Program-made: the position numbers and the translations under genes | Source: Candidatus Kuenenia stuttgartensis | GTDB taxonomy: Bacteria; Planctomycetota; Brocadiia; Brocadiales; Brocadiaceae | Assembly (NCBI RefSeq): GCF_900232105.1 | Contig: NZ_LT934425.1 | Location: forward strand, 480,001-512,000 | Length of the DNA: 32,000 bases | Reading direction: 5' to 3' | The notes under the pieces: generated by a model | Databases searched by the model: none | What the model was told of the DNA's origin: nothing | What the model saw: only the letters and a program-made list of their open reading frames with translations | In this document: piece after piece, positions 25,613-32,000 of the stretch | Layout of the letters: every line of letters begins with the position of its first letter | Numbering within the stretch: position 1 is the stretch's first letter

Positions 25613-28035
25613 CCCTCTCCTCCTTTCTGGCTTCTTTGGTCTGCCAGCCTGAGCCTTCTTACGAGAAATACATAAAGAGGCCACAACCCGGTATCTTCGC
25701 TGTTTGGACCACTAAAAATTAAAAGATCGTCTTGAAAACTACGTTGGGTTAGTTTATCGGGGTTGTCAGTCAATGCAATGCCCTCAATAGAGGATGGCAA
25801 TGTTTCACTGACCCATTTCTTTGTGTCGTTAATAAGCCTAAAGTCTTCCAGCGATGCCGTAAATGCCCCATGATGTCTTGCTATAGCTGTCCAGGTTACA
25901 ACTGCATTAACACCAAAATTATCTCTCAACCACCCTGCCACTGAATATGCGCCTTCAGAAGCATGAGGCGGCTGTTTAGGAAACTTTTTCTTATTTTCAA
26001 AATCCATGTCTGGCGCGTAATCTGAATGAGCAAGGGGCTCGCCAGTCAACATCTGAGGGTTCTTGTGCTGCTGCCACTTTCTTACAGCCTCCTGCCACTT
26101 CATGGAGAGCTTTCCCACATCGTGTAGGGCGCAACAGACATCAGCCAGTGTTTCCAATTGGTTGGCTGACATTTTATATCGTTCGGCCAGTCGTGTTGCT
26201 GCATAGCTATAAAAAGGCTTCATTGCCCGGCACGCTGCAACTACTCTTTGAACATGCTCCCGGTAAGTTTCATAACTGATTTTGTACCGGGGAATAAGCG
26301 GCCTATCGAAGTATCTGATCTCTTCGTGACACCCCTTTACACCGATTTTCAAGCCAACGTCAGGGGAATAAGAAGCAAACTCCGGATTTATAACGACAAG
26401 CCATGAAGCGTTTCTGATCTGGTCTTTTGAAGTAATTCGTTCCCATCCGAAGGATGTCTCGGTTTCGTCTATAATATTGGCATTTTCAATAGGATACCAC
26501 GCAACCGTTTCCCCAAAGTCACGGCATTCTTCAAAAAACGGAGAAAGCTTATAAAGGCTCGAACGGGGAACTGACAGCATCCTCGGCCATTTGTTTTTAT
26601 CAAATCTCAAAACTGAAGGGTCGTTACAGATAACCACATTTATGGAAGCCACGTCCCGCACCAATTCTCTGACGGCAACTTCGTTGCGTCCGTCCATAGC
26701 CTCGTGAATCTTGGTTTTTAAAGAGTATTGATTTTGCCGGTAGGATTCCAGATGCCTTTCCTCAATGTTCGAATGCACCTTATCAAGTCTTTCAAGCTCT
26801 GAGTTAAAATCAAGGATTGCGCCATCCGACGGCAGCCGTTCCAGAACCTCTCTGGTACCTGAAATCAAGGCCTTATGGTCGTTCTCTCGATAGGGACCAA
26901 AATCAGGCAGGCCTTTTTCATTTGTTAGTAATTCATAAATCCAGACAGTTCCAATGCCACGCACACCTTCATATCTTGCACAACGCCCGGCACGCTGTAT
27001 AATGCTGTTCAGAGGGGCAATTTCTGTATGCAGGTTGTCCGCAGAAATATCTATACCTGCCTCAACAACCTGCGTGGTTACCAGGATTACATTCGTTTTA
27101 GTGGCTTCTTTTCCAAACCAACCCTTGAGTTTATCTTCTACCTTTTTTCGATCTTCTGAGTAAAACCTGCTATGAAGCAAGAAAACAGTGGTGTTGCTAC
27201 CTTCCAGGCGTTTCGCCATTTCTTCGTAAATATTCTGCGCCCTCGTAACGGAGTTGAGGATAATGATAGAACGGTTACCATTATGATGATCAAGGATATC
27301 GTTAATCGTGAGTGGTCTGTTTATCCAGCGGTACGCACGTTTTTTTTCTTTGTGAGATGGCAAACTCATTACTTCATCAGGAGTTAGACTGACAAACTGT
27401 CCTCCCAGTATCTCTTTTAATAAATCCAGACTCTTCGTCGTAAGTGTAGCCGTCATGATGACAAACTGGGAAAATGGTTTAAGCCTGTCCAGCATTTCTA
27501 CGGCCGTTCTCATTGCTTTATCGGACTCCAAAAGGTGGAATTCATCAAATACAATCAAACTCCCAAGCAATGCTCCGGCATTGATATTCCCAACTCTCTG
27601 CGGAAGAGAGACAGGACAATTAAGGTAAGAGGAAAGGCACTGGTCAACGGTTGTAAATATTACATCGCCTTCAAAAAAGGGATCGTCCTTTTGTTCACCG
27701 GTTTGTATTGTGATTACAAGTTCGCCTTTTTCACCCCTACGGGCATTTGGATCACACACTACCCTGAAACCACTTTTGCAACACGCTACCGTTTCAGCGT
27801 AAAGGGTAGTAGCTAATGTTCGAAGCGGCAAGACATAAATTAATCTATCAACAAACGTCGTGCCTTGTTTTTTTGCCCAAAGATACGGCAAAATAGCAGC
27901 CCATGTTTTCCCGCTGCCAGTAGGAGCGCGGAGAAAAATATTTCTGCCATCAAGAAGACGTTGTGCAACTTCTTCCTGATAAGGATAGGGGGCAAGTCCT
28001 TTATTGCTCATTAATTGATCGAAAAGTATTCTCAA
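25609..28035 (-). CDS. cas3: Cas3 helicase-nuclease with a C-terminal HD domain
   Basis: SF2 helicase motifs occur in N-to-C order: APTGSGKT, VFDEFH, MTATL, TQVVEAGIDIS, QRAGRCAR. HD-type motifs follow only after about residue 600 (ALHDVGK, LAHSDY, HASEGA, ARHHGAF). The start is either TTG 28035 (overlapping the abiEii stop) or ATG 28011. Confidence 0.9.
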   Translation of the reverse strand: MRILFDQLMSNKGLAPYPYQEEVAQRLLDGRNIFLRAPTGSGKTWAAILPYLWAKKQGTTFVDRLIYVLPLRTLATTLYAETVACCKSGFRVVCDPNARRGEKGELVITIQTGEQKDDPFFEGDVIFTTVDQCLSSYLNCPVSLPQRVGNINAGALLGSLIVFDEFHLLESDKAMRTAVEMLDRLKPFSQFVIMTATLTTKSLDLLKEILGGQFVSLTPDEVMSLPSHKEKKRAYRWINRPLTINDILDHHNGNRSIIILNSVTRAQNIYEEMAKRLEGSNTTVFLLHSRFYSEDRKKVEDKLKGWFGKEATKTNVILVTTQVVEAGIDISADNLHTEIAPLNSIIQRAGRCARYEGVRGIGTVWIYELLTNEKGLPDFGPYRENDHKALISGTREVLERLPSDGAILDFNSELERLDKVHSNIEERHLESYRQNQYSLKTKIHEAMDGRNEVAVRELVRDVASINVVICNDPSVLRFDKNKWPRMLSVPRSSLYKLSPFFEECRDFGETVAWYPIENANIIDETETSFGWERITSKDQIRNASWLVVINPEFASYSPDVGLKIGVKGCHEEIRYFDRPLIPRYKISYETYREHVQRVVAACRAMKPFYSYAATRLAERYKMSANQLETLADVCCALHDVGKLSMKWQEAVRKWQQHKNPQMLTGEPLAHSDYAPDMDFENKKKFPKQPPHASEGAYSVAGWLRDNFGVNAVVTWTAIARHHGAFTASLEDFRLINDTKKWVSETLPSSIEGIALTDNPDKLTQRSFQDDLLIFSGPNSEDTGLWPLYVFLVRRLRLADQRSQKGGEG

Positions 28036-28871
28036 GAAAAAATCTTTCCCAAAGTGTTTTTTAATTCATCTAAAACCCGGTCACTATCTGGTAACTCTCT
28101 CAAATGGCTACCTAAAGATGGTTTCCAATTTTCTTTTACTTGTTCCACCCCATGAAAAAAAGAATCAATTCTCTTGAATTCAATTTCTTTGAGTTTGCAT
28201 TTCTTTTCAAAAAGTAATGCAATTTCCTTAAATCTTAAACTCTCTGAACAAAAAATGGACAAATACCACAGGTCGTAATAATCGCGGGGCCATCCCCGCT
28301 GCAAAATGGTACGAAGCTTTTCCGCATATATCTCTTCGATACTATAACTTTGAATTTTTGCCGTGATATCTTTTGAATCAGAGTATAAATGGAAAATATT
28401 CTTTGAAACTGGAGGGGACAATATTGGTTCTCTTAGTGAAATATCGATCTTAATAGATGTCCTCCATCTTTCAGGAGGAACTATCTTGTCCCTATGTTTA
28501 GCTCCCCAAAAAGGGATTTTGAATTCATATCCCATTAACCGATCATTAGATTGCATATTTTTAATCTGAATAGGCCCAAATAAAATTCCTGCATTTTGGT
28601 AAATTATGTCATGTATTATCTCAAGTTCTTTTTTTATTTTTTCTCGCTCAACCTCTATTAGGCCAGAAAAATCAAGGTCTTCAGAAAATCGGAAATGTTT
28701 GAAATAAAGCTTGCGCAGGCAAGTTCCACCTTTAAAACGAAAGCACTCTTTAAAAAGACTGCGATTGTATAGCCCATTAAGATAGTGCCCAAGCACCCAG
28801 TCTTTATCTACTGTTTCTATAGGAACTCCCCATTCTACTGATTTTTTACTTAACTCCCTAAAAGGAATCAT
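28032..28871 (-). CDS. abiEii: AbiEii/AbiGii-family nucleotidyltransferase toxin (DUF1814)
   Basis: A 279-aa ORF. The N-terminal region (IETVDKDWVLGHYL...FKGGTCLRKLYFKHFRFSEDLDFSG) matches the conserved AbiEii NTase motifs. The ATG overlaps the abiEi stop by 1 nt (TAATG). Confidence 0.88.
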   Translation of the reverse strand: MIPFRELSKKSVEWGVPIETVDKDWVLGHYLNGLYNRSLFKECFRFKGGTCLRKLYFKHFRFSEDLDFSGLIEVEREKIKKELEIIHDIIYQNAGILFGPIQIKNMQSNDRLMGYEFKIPFWGAKHRDKIVPPERWRTSIKIDISLREPILSPPVSKNIFHLYSDSKDITAKIQSYSIEEIYAEKLRTILQRGWPRDYYDLWYLSIFCSESLRFKEIALLFEKKCKLKEIEFKRIDSFFHGVEQVKENWKPSLGSHLRELPDSDRVLDELKNTLGKIFS

Positions 28872-29668
28872 TATAAAGCAGTCCTTGCCATAGCATATAT
28901 CTCTGATTCTGTATGATTAACGATCAATCGCCACTTTTTCAGATGTTTACCCTCAGCCGAAGACAGAGGGTCGAGTAACGTATACTTAGGCAATAGAACC
29001 TGCGCAGCATTTGCCCGAAAATCTTCGAACCCTTTTAATTCTAATATTTCTGATAAATAGCCTAACCGCTTGATAAGTGTATTGTTCTCCATTTTTAACG
29101 CATGGTGCCATAATTTTCCCTTATCTAATCTTTCGTGCGATATAAAGAGACCTTTGACAGCCTCTGTAAAACCCCCAGCATATTCTGGTAAATCGAAACA
29201 ATCAACAATGGTCTTTTCCATATCAGTGATAAAATAAAAATCCCGACCAACCCATTCTTTTCTAATTCCAAAAAATTTATGCGGGCTTATAGTTATGAAT
29301 TGGTACCGAACATTGAGTATTTCCTTATTCTGCTTTCTCTTGCTCGTTTGAATATGAACAATGTTAGAAATTTGTTCTGTTAGCCCATAATAATTCAACG
29401 CTGAAGAATATGCTATCGCCGATGGTTCTATTAGTCTTGTCCCGATTAAGAACGAATCTACATCCCTATTGGAAAGGATATACTTTCCACGCTCTACCTG
29501 AGTAATCAATCCCTTTCGTTTAAGGTTCATTAACAGAGTTGTGCAATTCTTAAATAACCTAAAGGCTTTTATTTCTTTTGTTGAGAAAATAATGTTTCCT
29601 TTTTCAGAAAGGAAATTAAACAAATTTTTTTCTTCTACTGATATCCCTTGGGTATAAACACGTCTCAT
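28871..29668 (-). CDS. abiEi: AbiEi-family antitoxin / transcriptional regulator
   Basis: A 265-aa ORF directly upstream of and overlapping abiEii. It has an N-terminal wHTH-like segment (FSTKEIKAF...MNLKRKGLITQVERGKYIL) and a size typical of AbiEi. Confidence 0.75.
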   Translation of the reverse strand: MRRVYTQGISVEEKNLFNFLSEKGNIIFSTKEIKAFRLFKNCTTLLMNLKRKGLITQVERGKYILSNRDVDSFLIGTRLIEPSAIAYSSALNYYGLTEQISNIVHIQTSKRKQNKEILNVRYQFITISPHKFFGIRKEWVGRDFYFITDMEKTIVDCFDLPEYAGGFTEAVKGLFISHERLDKGKLWHHALKMENNTLIKRLGYLSEILELKGFEDFRANAAQVLLPKYTLLDPLSSAEGKHLKKWRLIVNHTESEIYAMARTAL

Positions 29669-29694
29669 AAGTTACCTTTTATGTAAACATTCCA

Positions 29695-29741
29695 TTGACA
29701 AAAACATAATTTAAATTACACAAAAGGGTATATTTTGTCAA
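29695..29741 (-). promoter_or_regulatory. Candidate abiE promoter with flanking inverted-repeat operator
   Basis: On the minus strand, TTGACA (29741-29736), 17 nt, then TAATTT (29718-29713). The inverted repeat TTGACAAAA (29695-29703) / TTTTGTCAA (29733-29741) brackets the -10. A further TTGACA lies at 29761-29756. The abiEi ATG at 29668 is about 45 nt downstream. Confidence 0.5.
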
Positions 29742-29837
29742 ACCGCCCTCTTTCTTGTCAACTCTTTTTTTGCGCCATCCACCCACGGATTTCCTGTCCA
29801 ATTGAATAATGGAACGATTATCTCCAATAAAAATAAA

Positions 29838-30020
29838 CGTTCAAACAGATAAAACCGTTTAAGCAGTTCAAGCCGATTAAGCCGTTCAAGCAGAAAAAGC
29901 AGTTCAAACTGTTTAAACCGAGGAAACCGTTCAAGCCGAGTAAACCGTTCAAGCCGTTCAAGCTGAAAAAGCGGTTTAAGCCGTTTGAACGGTTTAAACT
30001 GATTAAGCGAATTAAACTGC
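29838..30020. repeat. 9-bp repeat array c (about 20 units) between abiEi and the four-helix-bundle gene
   Basis: Strictly 9-periodic: CGTTCAAAC AGATAAAAC CGTTTAAGC AGTTCAAGC CGATTAAGC CGTTCAAGC AGAAAAAGC ... GGTTTAAAC TGATTAAGC GAATTAAAC. The last units supply the final codons and TAA stop of ORF 30012..30467. Confidence 0.9.
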
Positions 30021-30467
30021 TGAATCCTTTTTTGTATTCATTTTATTCATGATTTCATCCAGTGTCTCTTTCACACTCTTTCTCTTCGGCATCTTGTACT
30101 TGGATCCTTTGTACCTGCTGCCTTTCAGGTGATTCATGAAGTTGTTAATCATTATTGAGATACGCTTGCATTGTTCAATGAGGGGTTTTAATTCATTCTG
30201 GTCAATATAGTTCTGATCTCCTGCTATATACAACTGGCATCGTACCTCACCACAAGAACCTTTAGCAATTGATAAAAACTGTATGAATTCCTGGTTGCCG
30301 CCCCTTTCATAGCCTTCGGCTATGTTAGACATGATGGAGACAGATGCACGCCGGATCTGGTCTCTGAGGCCGTAGTCTTTTGAGAAGGTACCGTCTTTTG
30401 TAATCCCGTAAATCTTGTTTGTTAGTTCTCTTGCTGACTTCCAAACTTCAAGGTCTTCGAAGTACAT
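30012..30467 (-). CDS. Four-helix-bundle protein (TIGR02436 / 23S rRNA intervening-sequence protein family)
   Basis: A 151-aa ORF. The sequence (DLEVWKSARELTNKIY...LRDQIRRASVSIMSNIAEGYERGGNQEFIQFLSIAKGSCGEVRCQLYIA) is the canonical pattern of this family. AGGAGG lies before the ATG. Confidence 0.85.
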   Translation of the reverse strand: MYFEDLEVWKSARELTNKIYGITKDGTFSKDYGLRDQIRRASVSIMSNIAEGYERGGNQEFIQFLSIAKGSCGEVRCQLYIAGDQNYIDQNELKPLIEQCKRISIMINNFMNHLKGSRYKGSKYKMPKRKSVKETLDEIMNKMNTKKDSAV

Positions 30468-30486
30468 GTCTGCCTCCTTTTAGAAA

Positions 30487-30612
30487 ATTAAGCCGGTTAA
30501 AAATGGTTTAAGCAGTTTAAGCAGTTTAAACCGCTTAGACCGTTCAATCCGATTAAACAGTTTGAGCTGTTCAAGCTGTTTGAATGGTTTCCACAGTTTG
30601 AACCACTTCCAC
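30487..30612. repeat. 9-bp repeat array d (about 14 degenerate units), spanning the cas6 / four-helix-bundle gap and the last 14 codons of cas6
   Basis: The units are GGTTTAAGC AGTTTAAGC AGTTTAAAC CGCTTAGAC CGTTCAATC CGATTAAAC AGTTTGAGC TGTTCAAGC TGTTTGAAT GGTTTCCAC AGTTTGAAC. The cas6 tail VVQTVETIQTA and its stop are encoded within the array. Confidence 0.8.
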
Positions 30613-31548
30613 ATACCCACACCCCATGCTATTATTTTGCCCAAAGCCGCATTCCAGACCGATCCTGATTAATTCTTTTGGGCCGGTTACGGTAAAGGGC
30701 TGTAATGTCCCTTTTATATGGATGGGATTCACACTGCCGTCCAATCCCTTCTTGAAGACGGTAAACTGTTTCACAGACTTCCCTTTTGTTTCAAGAAAAC
30801 AAAATTTCAGAGTTTCTCCCTGATACGGTTTACCAAAGAGGGTCTCGTACTTATGCATAAGGTTTTGATTCAAGAGTTCTTCGTATCCGTTATCACCCGG
30901 GAACAAATAAATATCCTGCTGACCCGGAGGCATGGGTTTTTTAATGAAGAGGGGAGATTCTAAGGGTTTTAATGATAAACCGTTTAAACCGTTTAAGCCG
31001 TTTAAGCCGTTTAAGCCGTTTAAGCCGTTTAAGCCGTTTAAGCCGTTTGAACTGTTTACGCTGTTTGAACTGCTTGAACCCGTTGTTGTCTCCAACGGAT
31101 CCGTCAGGGTTTCTACCCGACATACGCTGAATGTTTGTTTGCCAAGCCGCACCTCCTGGCCCTCTCCGAATATACCCTCTATCAAGTGTTGAATGAATTT
31201 ATCTACGGGTGATGCAATCTGAAAGGAAAGGGTGAAGGGGGAAAGATGAGAGGATTTAAAGGAGAAACCGTTTAAGCCGTTCAAGCCGAGAAAACGGTTT
31301 AAACCGTTTAAACCGTTTAAGCGGTTTGAACGGATGATTTTGATAGGACAGTAGAATGATATACCTGAAAAGACAAAGAGCTTAAACCGCTTGTCTTTTT
31401 TATAGGCGAAGCCCTGCTGATGAAGCCATTGGGCATAGTCAGGGTTTGACATGGACAGGAAACTATAGATGATGGCCTGTATCTGGTGTTGATAGTTGAA
31501 GTCGATGATGCCGGATTTATCTGCCGTGAAGGTTATTTTTATCCTCAT
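30571..31548 (-). CDS. cas6: Cas6 endoribonuclease carrying repeat-encoded insertions
   Basis: It starts MRIKITFTADK... (the track ORF starts 22 codons earlier, at ATG 31614). It has the C-terminal glycine-rich loop GLECGFGQNNSMGCGY. Two GLN-rich inserts are encoded by 9-bp arrays. Confidence 0.8.
   Translation of the reverse strand: MRIKITFTADKSGIIDFNYQHQIQAIIYSFLSMSNPDYAQWLHQQGFAYKKDKRFKLFVFSGISFYCPIKIIRSNRLNGLNGLNRFLGLNGLNGFSFKSSHLSPFTLSFQIASPVDKFIQHLIEGIFGEGQEVRLGKQTFSVCRVETLTDPLETTTGSSSSNSVNSSNGLNGLNGLNGLNGLNGLNGLNGLSLKPLESPLFIKKPMPPGQQDIYLFPGDNGYEELLNQNLMHKYETLFGKPYQGETLKFCFLETKGKSVKQFTVFKKGLDGSVNPIHIKGTLQPFTVTGPKELIRIGLECGFGQNNSMGCGYVEVVQTVETIQTA
30977..31084. repeat. 9-bp repeat array e (12 units) inside cas6, in frame
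   Basis: AAACCGTTT x2, AAGCCGTTT x6, then GAACTGTTT ACGCTGTTT GAACTGCTT GAACCCGTT. On the minus strand this translates to ...SSSSNSVNSSNGLNGLNGLNGLNGLNGLNGLS... Confidence 0.9.
31264..31335. repeat. 9-bp repeat array f (8 units) inside cas6, in frame
   Basis: GAAACCGTT TAAGCCGTT CAAGCCGAG AAAACGGTT TAAACCGTT TAAACCGTT TAAGCGGTT TGAACGGAT. This translates to ...RSNRLNGLNGLNRFLGLNGLNGF... Confidence 0.85.
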
Positions 31549-32000
31549 AATTAATGACACCAAAACTTGCTCTTGGCTTGTATAGAGATTACAGGAAATA
31601 GACAGGAAAATCATTTTTCAAGGGTAGCTGGCTAAGTATAATAGCACTTTACAGGAACAAATCAATACAAAATCATGTTGCTACGTCTTAGAATAAATGC
31701 TCCAAAAATGCCCAATTAGTCTCAGAATATTTGAGTCTAATACCCAGCAAATGATTTGAAAAATCTTACCCAGCTACCCCGCCTTTTTTTTATCCTGCGT
31801 AAGTATTTCACTTGATTTTTTGTTCACGTTAAGAAAAATACATCGTTTACCCCGTTAGAAAGAAGTTCCGTCCGTAAGGCGGAGTAAAGCCTCATTAAAT
31901 AGTTTGGAAGGGGTTAAAACCACTTCCAAACTTCCTAACGGCGGTTTACTTCCCAGTTCCCCGTTTTCACGAGGACAAGTTTTGTAAGATTTTTCCGGAA

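Noticed and set aside
25613-25684. The longer cas8 start (GTG 25684), overlapping cas3 by 76 nt
   Set aside because: ATG 25612 has a strong GGAGGAGAGG Shine-Dalgarno sequence and forms the classic ATGA stop/start overlap with cas3.
22872-28569. Numerous 60-180-aa + strand ORFs antisense to cas5, cas7, cas8, cas3 and abiEii (for example 24461..25000 and 27535..27816)
   Set aside because: They are shadow ORFs opposite well-supported minus-strand genes, with no motifs or translation signals.
31549-31614. The 22-codon N-terminal extension of cas6 (MIFLSISCNLYTSQEQVLVSLI)
   Set aside because: Cas6 proteins typically begin with the MR.K... beta-strand found at ATG 31548. The extension is hydrophobic and unlike Cas6. 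Neither start has a good RBS, so this remains uncertain.
31852-31941. An inverted-repeat structure upstream of cas6: CCGTTAG...CTAACGG, with inner TTTGGAAG/CTTCCAAA at 31903-31930
   Set aside because: The stems are short and imperfect, and I found no second copy or clear promoter relationship. It is too weak to call a regulatory site.

Overview
About 40% GC bacterial DNA; I cannot assign a taxon from sequence alone.

Left third (1-9.8 kb):
- The 3' end of a TldD/PmbA-type protease gene.
- An 850-bp non-coding stretch packed with nested inverted repeats and heptamer microsatellites.
- Two paralogous polytopic membrane proteins (GT-C-like) ending in PA14 domains (2 and 1 copies).
- A convergent GT2 polyprenyl-phosphate-sugar synthase-like gene.
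- A GspF/PilC-family platform protein and a possible GspC-like anchored protein.

Right two thirds (9.9-31.6 kb) are one minus-strand type I CRISPR-Cas locus:
- The array has 51 identical 29-nt repeats (GTTTCAATTCCTTATAGGTGCAATGAGAC), one truncated repeat and two internally deleted terminal repeats. Spacers are 33-38 nt.
- Three unrelated IS elements (IS4-type, IS1634-type, DUF4338-ISAs1-type) cut the array into four blocks. Each sits inside a spacer that can be reconstructed across the insertion.
- In transcription order the genes are cas6, a four-helix-bundle gene, abiEi-abiEii, cas3-cas8-cas7-cas5, an AbrB-type antitoxin plus Doc, cas4-cas1-cas2, then the leader and array.

Most interesting observations:
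1. Each cas module is headed by its own toxin-antitoxin pair. Stop/start overlaps leave the TA promoter/operator as the only obvious promoter.
2. A quasi-palindromic 9-bp tandem repeat (GYTTAARC plus 1 nt) fills four cas intergenic gaps. It also lies inside cas6 twice in frame (GLN repeats), supplies the 3' ends of two genes, and probably occurs inside cas8.
3. Cas3 has helicase-then-HD domain order, combined with I-B-like gene content.
4. The IS-riddled array contains a spacer pair differing by a single-base indel.
5. A PA14-tagged GT-C/GT2 putative periplasmic glycosylation cluster.

All functional calls come from by-eye motif recognition. No searches were run.
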